Assembly (NCBI GenBank): GCA_965200475.1
Contig: CBDAUL010000004.1
Location: forward strand, 154,664 to 218,663
Length of the DNA: 64,000 nt
Direction: 5' to 3'
From: Vicinamibacterales bacterium
GTDB lineage: Bacteria; Acidobacteriota; Vicinamibacteria; Vicinamibacterales; UBA8438
Numbering within the stretch: position 1 is the stretch's first letter; every line of letters starts with the position of its first letter. The notes beneath the pieces are model-generated. The model worked only from the letters and a program-made list of their open reading frames with translations, ran no database searches and was not told where the DNA came from. A program made the translations under genes and the position numbers. Below, piece by piece: positions 34,017 to 42,667 of this stretch.

Positions 34017-36011
34017 CTACCAGGCGCTGCTGCGCGCCTCGGCCGCGGCAACGATACGCTCGACGTCCTCCGCGAGCAGCAGCCCGTCGTCGTGCAGGTT
34101 GCGCGCGGAGCGCGCGACGGCCGCGACGTAGGCGGCGGCGGTGGGGTAGCGCTCCTCGATCGACCGGCGCGGGTCGCCCTGCGCCAGCCGCTCGGCCTTC
34201 GTCCGCGGCAGGGCGAGCCGCTGCCCCGCGGCGTCGCACAGGTCGTTGCCGGCGTACTCCGCGGCGCGGACGGCCCAGCCGGTGTGCGTCGCGAGCGGGG
34301 CCTGGACGGCCGGCACGCGGACGCCAGCCACGTCGTGCCCGTCCGCGTCGGTCCGGGGCACGAGCGCCGGGTAGGGCGACGTGACCGCGGGCGGCAGCAC
34401 GCTGAGAATGCCCTTGCCGGCGCGTGGGCCGAACTCGAGCAGGTCGCCGGTGCTCATCAGCCCGTCGAAGTGCACGCCCGGAATCTTCGGCAGCCCCAGC
34501 TCCGCCCGCGGCAGGGCGGCCACCAGCGTCCCGTCCCGGCGGCGCGGCACGCGGCTCGCGGGCGGCGCCTTCCCGGCCGAGACCCAGCCGTCGAGGGCGA
34601 CCAGCAGGGCGCGCAGCACCGGCTCGGCCGCCGCCGTGTTGCGCGGCTGCTGGCAGATGCCCCGCCCCTGCTGGCGGCTGCCGCCGCTGTGCGGGAAGCT
34701 GGAGAACAGGTACAGGCGCACGTCCCGCGGGTCGGGAATGTCGTTGCCCAGCGTGTCGGTGTGCAGCAGCGACGAGGCCTTGACCCAGTACTCGTTCGAC
34801 GAGTTCGCTTCGAGAATGCGGGGACACGTGCCGCTGTCCAGGCAGCGGCGCAGGCGCCCGTCGGTCCGGCCGGTCACCGGATCGTGCAGCACGTTGTAGG
34901 CGAACGGGAACTGCCGCTCCGGAAACCAGCGCGCGATGTGTTGCCGCTGCGTGCGGTGGGGCTGGGCGAAGCGGTAGTTGAAGAAGCCGCCGCTCGCCCC
35001 GCCGATCCAGTTCAGCACGCCGTCGAAGACCCGGCCGCCCGCCTCGTCCCGGTTGAAGCCGAGGTGGACGAAATCGCGCATGAACCGCGCCGGCTGCGAG
35101 ATGGCGAAGGAATAGGCGTAGCGAATCTGCCCGGCCAGGGGATTGGCCGTCCCGTCCGCGTCGACCGCGGCGCCGCGCAGAAACGCGGCGACGTCCCGAA
35201 TGGCCGCGAACCCGAGGCCCGCCACCAGCGGCTCGGTGGCCGGATAGACGAGGTGGTAGAGACTGCCCTGCCGGAACGCCGTCCCGGCGGGCAGCAGCCG
35301 GATGGTGCGAGCGTCGACGTACTCCCAGGCGTCCGGGCCCAGCGGCTCGGGCTCGTCGCCGTAGCGGGTGCGCACGGTCAGGCTGGCCTGCGCTGTGTCC
35401 AGCGTGGCCGCGGGGTACGACAGCCGGCCGGCCGTGGTCGTGGCGTTGTCGATGACCAGCTCCTCGAGCGCGGGACCGACGATGCGCGAGCCGTCCGGGT
35501 TGACCGCCACGGGCAGCGTGATGTTCAGGCGCCCGTCCGCGGAGGAGGCCGTCGCGTCCCAGCCGGCCGACACGAACGTGTAGCCCTGGCGCATCAGGAA
35601 GCCGTTGCCCGCATCGGCGGCCGAGGTCGGATCGTTCGCGACGGCCGCCGCCTCGTTCAGCCGGTTCAGCGACAGCAGCCGCCCGCGGTTGTTCACCTCG
35701 AAGAACAGCCTGCCGTTGGCGCGCGACCGGTCAACCGGCCTGAGGATGATCAGATCGGCCGCGTACTCGACCCTGCCGCGCGCGTTGCGCGGCGCCCGCT
35801 CGATGTCGGCGATGACCGCGTTGTCCGGGGACTCCGGGTCCACCTCGCCGTACACGCGGCCGACGAGCTTCTCGTACGGCCCGACATCGCCGAACGAGCG
35901 CCCCTCGAAGGTGGGCGACTCGATGCGTTCGATCTCGACGCGCGTCACGCGCGCGTCCGTTGCGGCCGGCGCGATCAGCAGGGCGGCGACGACGATCAGG
36001 AGAACAGGCAT
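34017..36011 (-). CDS. Conserved secreted hypothetical protein (alpha/beta-hydrolase-domain-like family by recollection)
   Basis: 664 aa with signal peptide MPVLLIVVAALLIAPAA. The composition is protein-like throughout. No catalytic motif was confidently recognised. Confidence 0.55.
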   Translation of the reverse strand: MPVLLIVVAALLIAPAATDARVTRVEIERIESPTFEGRSFGDVGPYEKLVGRVYGEVDPESPDNAVIADIERAPRNARGRVEYAADLIILRPVDRSRANGRLFFEVNNRGRLLSLNRLNEAAAVANDPTSAADAGNGFLMRQGYTFVSAGWDATASSADGRLNITLPVAVNPDGSRIVGPALEELVIDNATTTAGRLSYPAATLDTAQASLTVRTRYGDEPEPLGPDAWEYVDARTIRLLPAGTAFRQGSLYHLVYPATEPLVAGLGFAAIRDVAAFLRGAAVDADGTANPLAGQIRYAYSFAISQPARFMRDFVHLGFNRDEAGGRVFDGVLNWIGGASGGFFNYRFAQPHRTQRQHIARWFPERQFPFAYNVLHDPVTGRTDGRLRRCLDSGTCPRILEANSSNEYWVKASSLLHTDTLGNDIPDPRDVRLYLFSSFPHSGGSRQQGRGICQQPRNTAAAEPVLRALLVALDGWVSAGKAPPASRVPRRRDGTLVAALPRAELGLPKIPGVHFDGLMSTGDLLEFGPRAGKGILSVLPPAVTSPYPALVPRTDADGHDVAGVRVPAVQAPLATHTGWAVRAAEYAGNDLCDAAGQRLALPRTKAERLAQGDPRRSIEERYPTAAAYVAAVARSARNLHDDGLLLAEDVERIVAAAEARSSAW

Positions 36012-36138
36012 CGGCCGGACTATCTCACGGGATTCGGCGGGACGCAAGGCGTGCAGGGGCACGGCGCCGCGCCGATCCCTGGCTGTGGGCGACAGGGCGC
36101 CGCGGCAGGCTGACGAACGGAACCGGCGTACAGACGAC

Positions 36139-36169
36139 GGCCGGCGCGCCCGGGCGGGGCGCGCCGGCC
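36139..36169. terminator. Perfect 13-bp GC hairpin (GGCCGGCGCGCCC-GGGCG-GGGCGCGCCGGCC) downstream of the A2-B2 operon
   Basis: Arms read directly from the sequence. Located 46 nt after the B2 stop. There is no U-tract, so terminator function is inferred only. Confidence 0.35.
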
Positions 36170-36214
36170 AGGAATAGTACGCGCAGCCGACGCGGGGCGG
36201 CCAGACCGCCAGCG

Positions 36215-37129
36215 TCAGCGGTTCACGTTGATCGTGACGTCCTCATAGTCGATCAGGCCGCCGTCGTGGGCCAGCGCGCGCAGCACGTAGGTGCCGGGCT
36301 CGCTGAAGGTGGCCTGCACGGTCCAGCGGTTGTCCTCGGGCACGCGCGGCGTCTCCCAGCCCGTCGACCACGGCGAGTTGCCGCCGTCGCGGTGGTCCTG
36401 CCACACCTTCGTCTGGGGCGGATCGAACACGACCTCGCCCGGCCCCCGGTAGCGGAACCACGACAGGCGCAGCCCGGTGGCCGAGTTGGGAACGAAGTGG
36501 CTCGTGCCGATCAGCGCCACCGGAATCGAGCGCGGCGCCGGCTTGCCGTCGTCGGCGGCGACCGCGCTCAGCGTGACCGGCTCGCCGGCGCTCACGGTCA
36601 TCGTCGGGGGCGTCTCGAGCGTCAGGTCCGGGGCCATGTTGCCGATCATGTCCGGGTGGAACCCGGTCTGCCCCCCGGCGCCGAAGTTGGCCATCATGAC
36701 CGTCTCGTCGACCATGTACTCCGGCCGCAGCGTGGCGTACGCGTTCTCGGTCACGCCGTTGCTCGTTAGCGACCAGACGATCTCGTCGTCGCCGAAGTCG
36801 GCCGGCACCGTGACCTTGAAGACGAACTGGCTGCGCCGCGGGAAGAAGTGGGTCGGCTGGCCGAGGTCGGGACCACCCGGATCCATGTGGTTGTCCGGGC
36901 CGACCGGCACGTCGATCTCCTCCTCCCAGTTGCGGTTGTAGTAGCCGAACCAGAGGTCGATGGAACCGTCGTCGTGCCGCCAGAAGCCCTCGTAGACCGG
37001 GGCGATGTTCTGGCCCCGGGCCGGGGCCTGCGCGCCGGTCGCGAGCGGCGCCGCCAGCACGACGGCGACGCCGAGCGCGAGCGCCGCGGCGGAGACCCTG
37101 AGCAGCCGCGAGGAAGGCGTCGTCTGCAT
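36215..37129 (-). CDS. Family B secreted protein, copy 2
   Basis: ATG with GAGGAAGGG RBS, 21 nt after the A2 stop. Signal peptide is present. Contains the YEGFW..DDGS, NRNWEE, GQPTHFFPRR and VPADFG motifs and an Ig-like C-terminus (VTLSAVAADDG, LRLSWFRYRGPG, PGTYVLRALAHDGG). Confidence 0.8.
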   Translation of the reverse strand: MQTTPSSRLLRVSAAALALGVAVVLAAPLATGAQAPARGQNIAPVYEGFWRHDDGSIDLWFGYYNRNWEEEIDVPVGPDNHMDPGGPDLGQPTHFFPRRSQFVFKVTVPADFGDDEIVWSLTSNGVTENAYATLRPEYMVDETVMMANFGAGGQTGFHPDMIGNMAPDLTLETPPTMTVSAGEPVTLSAVAADDGKPAPRSIPVALIGTSHFVPNSATGLRLSWFRYRGPGEVVFDPPQTKVWQDHRDGGNSPWSTGWETPRVPEDNRWTVQATFSEPGTYVLRALAHDGGLIDYEDVTINVNR

Positions 37130-37150
37130 CGTCAGCTCACCCTTCCTCGA

Positions 37151-38554
37151 CTACTGGTTCTGTCCCAGCCAGGCCAGTCCCGGCTCCGGATTCTCGAAGC
37201 CGCACAGCGGACAGCCGATGGCCGACTCGCCCTCGGCCAGATCCAGCCGCTCGCGGCGCGTGGCCATCTCCTCCGCGAACTGCTCGTCGGTCAGCACGAT
37301 GGGGCTGGCGATGAGGATCGCCATGTTGTCGATCGAGCGGTGGCCGAGCCCGCCCCAGTTGCGCGGGTCCACGACGTTCTTGTTGCTGGGCGTGTTGTCG
37401 AAGTGGGCGGTGATGTGGATCAGCGTGCCCTTCGGCAGCAGCGGCGCCGAGTCGTCCGTGTAGCGGTACACCTTCACCCAGTTGTGGTCGTACCCGGCGC
37501 AGTTGAGCACCTCGGTGCGGCCGCCCCAGATGGCCTCCATGCACATCCGGACGCCGGACGCGTGCATGTGCGGCTCGAAGGTGGTGAGCTTGATGTGCTC
37601 GTCCAGCGTCCTGTACATGTGCACCTGCTGCCCGGCCGTCATGCCGCGCAGGTCGATCTCGCCGTTGCCGAACGTGAGATCGCCGAGCCGCCGCTGCGGC
37701 TCGTAGCCCCGCGGATGGAACTTGTAGCCGACGCGCAGGTGCGCGGTCGTGTCCTCGCCGTTGGCATGCATGTGGACCGACGGGAACACGAGCTGCGAGC
37801 CCGCCTTCAGCAGGCGGCCGGCCAGCGCGTCGAAGACCTCGGCGTTGCGGCCGACCTCGTGGGGGCCGCCGATGGTCTGCGACGGGCGCCCCTCGCCGTC
37901 GAGCATCGCGTGCACGGCGTGGTGGAAGATGAACTTCCCGCCGATGCCGCCCTGCACGTCGCTGACCTCCTTGAACTGCACGGCCGAGACGTAGCGATCC
38001 TCCTCGAGGCCGGTCGGCGTCGGCGCGAGCGCGCCCCACCAGTCCGGGGCCTCGGCCGCCATCGTGATCGACGGCGAATCGACGATGAGATCGGGCTCGC
38101 CGATGTCCCATTCGTCCGCGGCGGCGAAGACGCGCGCCGGCGGCAGGTCGGCGGGGTTCCCGCGGGGCGCGCCGTTGTCGACCCACGCGGCGATCGCCTC
38201 GATCTCCGCCTCGCTGAGCGAGATGTCGTCCTTGAACGCCTGGATGCCGACGTCCTTCTCGATGAACCAGGGCGGCATGACGCCCATGGTGTTCCTGAGC
38301 CCGGTCCGCTGCTTGATGCTGCGCGCCCACGGCCGCACCTCTTCGTAGGTGATGAGCGACATCGGCGCGACGGAGTTCGGCCGGTGGCAGCTCTGGCAGC
38401 TCCGCTGCAGGATCGGCGCGATGTCCCTGCTGAAGGTCACCTCGCCGGCGGACTGCTCCGCCGCCGCCGGCACGGCGAGCATCGCGGCCGCCAGCACCAG
38501 CGCCGACGCGACCGCGCCGGCCGTTCTCGAAACCGTGTTGCAGTCTGTTGTCAT
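37151..38554 (-). CDS. Family A secreted protein, copy 2: CxxCH heme-c motif + PHM/DBH-like copper monooxygenase-like domain
   Basis: GGAGGG RBS and signal peptide. Motifs are SCQSCHRP, FHH, VHMHANG, PHMHASGVRMC and IDNM, with a C-terminal GCPLCG. Confidence 0.8.
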   Translation of the reverse strand: MTTDCNTVSRTAGAVASALVLAAAMLAVPAAAEQSAGEVTFSRDIAPILQRSCQSCHRPNSVAPMSLITYEEVRPWARSIKQRTGLRNTMGVMPPWFIEKDVGIQAFKDDISLSEAEIEAIAAWVDNGAPRGNPADLPPARVFAAADEWDIGEPDLIVDSPSITMAAEAPDWWGALAPTPTGLEEDRYVSAVQFKEVSDVQGGIGGKFIFHHAVHAMLDGEGRPSQTIGGPHEVGRNAEVFDALAGRLLKAGSQLVFPSVHMHANGEDTTAHLRVGYKFHPRGYEPQRRLGDLTFGNGEIDLRGMTAGQQVHMYRTLDEHIKLTTFEPHMHASGVRMCMEAIWGGRTEVLNCAGYDHNWVKVYRYTDDSAPLLPKGTLIHITAHFDNTPSNKNVVDPRNWGGLGHRSIDNMAILIASPIVLTDEQFAEEMATRRERLDLAEGESAIGCPLCGFENPEPGLAWLGQNQ

Positions 38555-38730
38555 CGGGACGAACCCTCCACGAATTCAGGATGCCGCGGCGCGTCAGGCG
38601 CCAGCGGACGCAAGCAGACTCGTCATTGTATACGAGCGTGCGGCCCGGCGGGTTCCCTCCACCGCCTGGCGCGGGCGTCAGCCGGGAACCGCCGCCCCGC
38701 CGCCGGCGTCCAATTCGAGTGTAAGCTGCT

Positions 38731-38820
38731 AGGAGTCTGCGCCGTGGAACGGCGCAGACTTCCAGTGAGGGTTGGTTGGGCGGCAACCGGAGCCGGAGGC
38801 GACGATTGCCGGGCCAGGAT
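38731..38820 (+). repeat. About 90-nt repeat element, copy L2, beginning with a perfect 11-bp hairpin (38734..38760)
   Basis: The hairpin is AGTCTGCGCCG-TGGAA-CGGCGCAGACT. The element aligns with 9311..9400. It lies in the divergent region between A2 and gene 38843. Confidence 0.7.
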
Positions 38821-38842
38821 CCACCAGGGAGGAAACGAGGTA

Positions 38843-39829
38843 ATGACGATGAGGAATGCCACCCCGCTCGCCATCTGCGCCGGGGTTGCCGTGATCGTGT
38901 CGGCGGCCACCGCGGGCGTTGCCGGCCAGCAGAACGCCGAGCCGTACACGCCGCCCACCACCGCCTGGGGCGACCCCGACCTGCAGGGCGTCTGGAACAA
39001 CAACACCGTCGTGCCGCTGCAGCGCCCCGACCAGGTGGGCGACCGGGAGACGCTGAGCGACGAGGAGGTGGCGCAGCGACGCCAGGCGAGCTCGGACCTG
39101 CTCTTCTCCGAGCGCGAGGGCGACACCGGCTTCTACAACGAGTTCTGGTTCGAGTACGGCCTCGACAGCAACCGCACGTCGCTCATCACGCAGCCCGCCG
39201 ACGGCAAGCTCCCGGCGCTGACGCCGAGCGCTCAGGAGCGGGCCAACGAGCTCATGGCGGTGCGCGCGCGCTCGACGGTCGCGCCCGACCACTACCTCGA
39301 GCTGAGCGCCTACGACCGCTGCATCTCGCGCGGCCTGCCGGGCGCCATGATGCCGGGCTTCTACAACCACAACTACCACATCCTGCAGACGCCCGACTAC
39401 GTCGCGCTGGTGGTCGAGATGATCCACGACGCGCGCATCATTCCGCTCGACGGGCGCGGGCACGCCCCGGCCGGCATCCAGCAGTGGCTGGGCGACTCGC
39501 GCGGCCGCTGGGAGGGCAACACGCTCGTGGTCGAGACCACCAACTTCACGGACAAGGTGGACGAGCGCGGCCTGTTCATCCCGACCGTCTTCGCCACGGG
39601 CGAGAACCTGCGGCTGGTCGAGCGCTTCACGCGCGTCAGCGAGGACGTGATCGACTACCGCTTCACGGTGGAGGATCCCACGGTGTTCACCGGCGAGTGG
39701 ACCGCCGCGATCCCGTTCAACCGCTTCGACGGCACGCTGTTCGAGTACGCCTGCCACGAAGGCAATTACGCGCTGCCGAACATGCTCGCCGGCGCCCGCG
39801 TCGCCGAGACCGAGGCCAACCCCGACTAG
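38843..39829 (+). CDS. Secreted conserved hypothetical protein
   Basis: RBS GGGAGGAAACGAGG and signal peptide. The composition is protein-like (GDPDLQGVWNN, EMIHDARIIPLDGR, RWEGNTLVVETTNF, YACHEGNY). No family name was recalled. Confidence 0.65.
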   Translation: MTMRNATPLAICAGVAVIVSAATAGVAGQQNAEPYTPPTTAWGDPDLQGVWNNNTVVPLQRPDQVGDRETLSDEEVAQRRQASSDLLFSEREGDTGFYNEFWFEYGLDSNRTSLITQPADGKLPALTPSAQERANELMAVRARSTVAPDHYLELSAYDRCISRGLPGAMMPGFYNHNYHILQTPDYVALVVEMIHDARIIPLDGRGHAPAGIQQWLGDSRGRWEGNTLVVETTNFTDKVDERGLFIPTVFATGENLRLVERFTRVSEDVIDYRFTVEDPTVFTGEWTAAIPFNRFDGTLFEYACHEGNYALPNMLAGARVAETEANPD

Positions 39830-39887
39830 TCGTCAATCCCGCGTCCGGTCCGGCACCCGCCCCCGGGGGTCGGACCGGCGCGCTTCT

Positions 39888-40601
39888 TCAGCGGGCCAGA
39901 GCCGCCTGCAGGCGCGCGAGGAAGGCCCGGATGCGGTTGGCGTTCGCGCCCAGATCGCCGACCCCCACGCGGGAGATCGAGCGGACGTCCACTACCGCGC
40001 CCCCGCTCTCCCCCGGCCGGATCCGGACGGCGACGTCGTCCTTGAAGCCGAACCAGAAGGTGGTGGCCGTCGCCTCGATTACGCCCCGCGCCGGATCCAC
40101 CGTCACGATCTCCCACCCGTGGTCCGTCGCGACCGACCGCGCCGCCTCCAGGGCCGCGCTCGGCGACGCGCCGACGGTCAGCGGCAGCACGTCCGGGTAG
40201 GCCGCCCGTTGCGTGGCGGCGAGCTGCGGCCCGCCGTACTCGAGCGGGTTCGGCGCGCCTGCGCGCAGCGGCACGACCGCCTCGAACCGCGGCGGATCGT
40301 CCGGGTCCGTCGTGATGTCGTGGATCGGCGGGGCGCCCAGCGCGGGCAGGATGTTGGCCAGCGGCACGCCGAGCGCGCCCGCCGACAGCAGGCCGGCCGC
40401 CAGCGCCCGGCGGTTGCCGAACCCCGTCCCGCGGCGGCGCAACGCCGCGATCACCCGCACCGCCAGCCACGCGAGGGTCGTCAGGATGCCCGCCAGCAGG
40501 AGCAGCAGCGCGGCGCCCAGGGGCAACAGGCCGGCCCGATGGCCGAGCGGTCCGGCCGCAATGGCCACGAACGCGGCGACAGGGATCGCGACTCGTCTCA
40601 T
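39888..40601 (-). CDS. DUF1499-type membrane-anchored protein
   Basis: C-terminal 237 aa of ORF 39888..41375. Two N-terminal hydrophobic segments. The FKDDVAVRI.P......VDVRS.SRVG..D.G.N..R pattern is typical of DUF1499. Confidence 0.65.
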   Translation of the reverse strand: MRRVAIPVAAFVAIAAGPLGHRAGLLPLGAALLLLLAGILTTLAWLAVRVIAALRRRGTGFGNRRALAAGLLSAGALGVPLANILPALGAPPIHDITTDPDDPPRFEAVVPLRAGAPNPLEYGGPQLAATQRAAYPDVLPLTVGASPSAALEAARSVATDHGWEIVTVDPARGVIEATATTFWFGFKDDVAVRIRPGESGGAVVDVRSISRVGVGDLGANANRIRAFLARLQAALAR

Positions 40602-40638
40602 CAGCGGTCTCCGCACGGCAGGGTGACCGGGCCGGCCG

Positions 40639-41637
40639 TCACGCTTCGATCGCGACGTGCGGCGCCGCATCGCGGCGCGCCGGCGCCTGGCCGCGCGCCG
40701 CCGGCTCCACCCGCTCGAGCTCGCGGCCGAGATAGGCGGCCACGGCGTGCATGCCGCGCAGCTCCACCGCGGCATCGGCCTCCGCCTGACTGTTGTAGTT
40801 GGTGTTCGTGTTGACGTCGTAGGTGTAGGCCACGCCGTTGCGGTCCGTGATGAACTCGACGCCCGCGACATGGATGCCGTTGGCAGCCAGGAAGCGCTCG
40901 TAGGCGCCGACCAGCTCGTGCCGGAAGCCGTCCACGATGGTGAACAGCGAGGCCGGCGACTCGCCCGCCGGACAGAAGGCGTCGTCCACGCGGCACGCGT
41001 CCGCGGGACACAGCTCGAAGCCCTGGCTGGTGTCGACGCGCACGGCGTAGAGGAGCTCGCCGCCCACGAACTCCACGCGCGTGATGTACGGCTCGCCGGC
41101 CTCGACGTATTCCTGGATGAGCGTGATGCCGTCGACCGACTGCTCGAACTCCGCGCTCCCGACGTAGCGCTCCAGCGCAGCGGCGTCGTGGAACAGCCGC
41201 ACCCCGAGCCCCTTGCCGGCGCGGTTGTGCTTGGTGATGAAGGGCGGGTCGAACGCGCGCCCGACCTCCACGATCGCGTCGCGTCCGACGGCCGCCACCG
41301 TGCGCGGCGTCCGGATGCCGTGCGCCTCGAGCGCGGCGTACTGCGCGACCTTGCTGACCTCGAGCTGCAGCGCACGGGAGCCGTTGGCGACCCGCCGCCC
41401 GTGCCGCTCCAGCCAGGCCAGCACGGCCGCCGTGTGCTCCGGCGCGTAGCGGTGGCCGCGCGTATGCGACGATGCGCTCATGCGGTTGTAGAAGACGCCC
41501 GCGGGGGGCGGCTGCGTCAGGTCGAGGCGCCCGGCGCCGAGAAACCACTCCTCGAACGGCAGCCGCAGCTCCTCGAACGCGGCGCGCAACGGCTCGACCC
41601 AGGCGTCGTTCTCGTGGATGACGTAGATGCGGGACAT
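40639..41637 (-). CDS. ATP-grasp domain protein (RimK/glutamate-ligase-like)
   Basis: 332 aa. Contains FITKHNRAGKG.GV, LIQEY and E.N.N.N ATP-grasp-type motifs. Confidence 0.7.
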   Translation of the reverse strand: MSRIYVIHENDAWVEPLRAAFEELRLPFEEWFLGAGRLDLTQPPPAGVFYNRMSASSHTRGHRYAPEHTAAVLAWLERHGRRVANGSRALQLEVSKVAQYAALEAHGIRTPRTVAAVGRDAIVEVGRAFDPPFITKHNRAGKGLGVRLFHDAAALERYVGSAEFEQSVDGITLIQEYVEAGEPYITRVEFVGGELLYAVRVDTSQGFELCPADACRVDDAFCPAGESPASLFTIVDGFRHELVGAYERFLAANGIHVAGVEFITDRNGVAYTYDVNTNTNYNSQAEADAAVELRGMHAVAAYLGRELERVEPAARGQAPARRDAAPHVAIEA

Positions 41638-41700
41638 TCCGCCCGCATTATAGGGCAGCGCGCCCGGGGACGGCCGTCCGCGGGCGGACGACCGTCGCGG

Positions 41701-42642
41701 CTACTCCGCGGACGCAACAGTGACGGTGATGTCGGCCGGCGTCAGGTAGCTGCTGTCGTCGGCGGCGGCGCGGATGACGTACTCCCCCGGCTCGGAGAAG
41801 CGCGCGGCGGCCGTCACCTGGCCGCCCTCGCGGGGCAGCGGCGTGACCCGCGGGTCGAAGGCCACGTCGGCCGGGCCGCGGTGCACGACCCAGGTGACCG
41901 CCAGGCCGGTGTCGTATGCGTCGAGCGGACTCACCCGGTTCTGATCCACCGGGCCGCCGCCCCCGCCGCCGCGCGGCCCGCCGATGATCGGCAGGTCGTT
42001 CGGCAGCGGATCGACCGGCGGACGCGGGCGGCGCGGGATCTCGCGCGGCCCGGGCTGGCCGTCGTCGGCCACGGCCACCGTGACGGAAACCGGCTCGCCC
42101 ACCATCGCCGAGATCGAGGTGCTGCCCACGATGCTGGCCGCCGGCGGCTGGTTGGTCAGCTCCTCGCCGGCGTACCGCCCGCGCAGGTCGGAGCCGCGGT
42201 TGGCCCGCCACACGCCCTCGTCGACCACCCAGGTGGCCCACAGCGAGCCGATCGCGGTGCGGGTCTGCCCGTGGGCGGTCACCGTCCAGACCAGGTCCCG
42301 GTCCTGGCCCCAGTCGGCCGGCACCTCGACGCCGAAGACGAAGAACTGGCGGCGCGGATAGAAGAAGGTCGGCTGGCCGCGGTCTTCCGGGCCGGAGTCG
42401 AGGTAGTTGGCGGGGCCGACCGGGATGTGCGGCTGCTCCTCGTAGTTGCGGTTCATGTAGCCGAACCACATGGTGTAGGTGCCGTCCGGATTCGGGCTCC
42501 AGCCCTCGTAGACAGGCTGGACCGACTGGCCCGAGCGGTGGAGGGTCTGCGCCGCGCCGAGGCCGCCCGCACCGAGAGCGAGCCCGAGCAGCAGCGCCGC
42601 CGCGGCCGCCGCACGCCACACGTTCCGACTGCGGGCACTCAT
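41701..42642 (-). CDS. Family B secreted protein, copy 3
   Basis: GGGGAGGGG RBS, 25 nt after the A3 stop. Signal peptide is present. Contains YEGWSPNPDGT, NRNYEE, GQPTFFYPRR and VPADWG, plus an Ig-like C-terminus. Confidence 0.8.
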   Translation of the reverse strand: MSARSRNVWRAAAAAALLLGLALGAGGLGAAQTLHRSGQSVQPVYEGWSPNPDGTYTMWFGYMNRNYEEQPHIPVGPANYLDSGPEDRGQPTFFYPRRQFFVFGVEVPADWGQDRDLVWTVTAHGQTRTAIGSLWATWVVDEGVWRANRGSDLRGRYAGEELTNQPPAASIVGSTSISAMVGEPVSVTVAVADDGQPGPREIPRRPRPPVDPLPNDLPIIGGPRGGGGGGPVDQNRVSPLDAYDTGLAVTWVVHRGPADVAFDPRVTPLPREGGQVTAAARFSEPGEYVIRAAADDSSYLTPADITVTVASAE

Positions 42643-42667
42643 GGTCGCCCCTCCCCGCCGTGGACTG

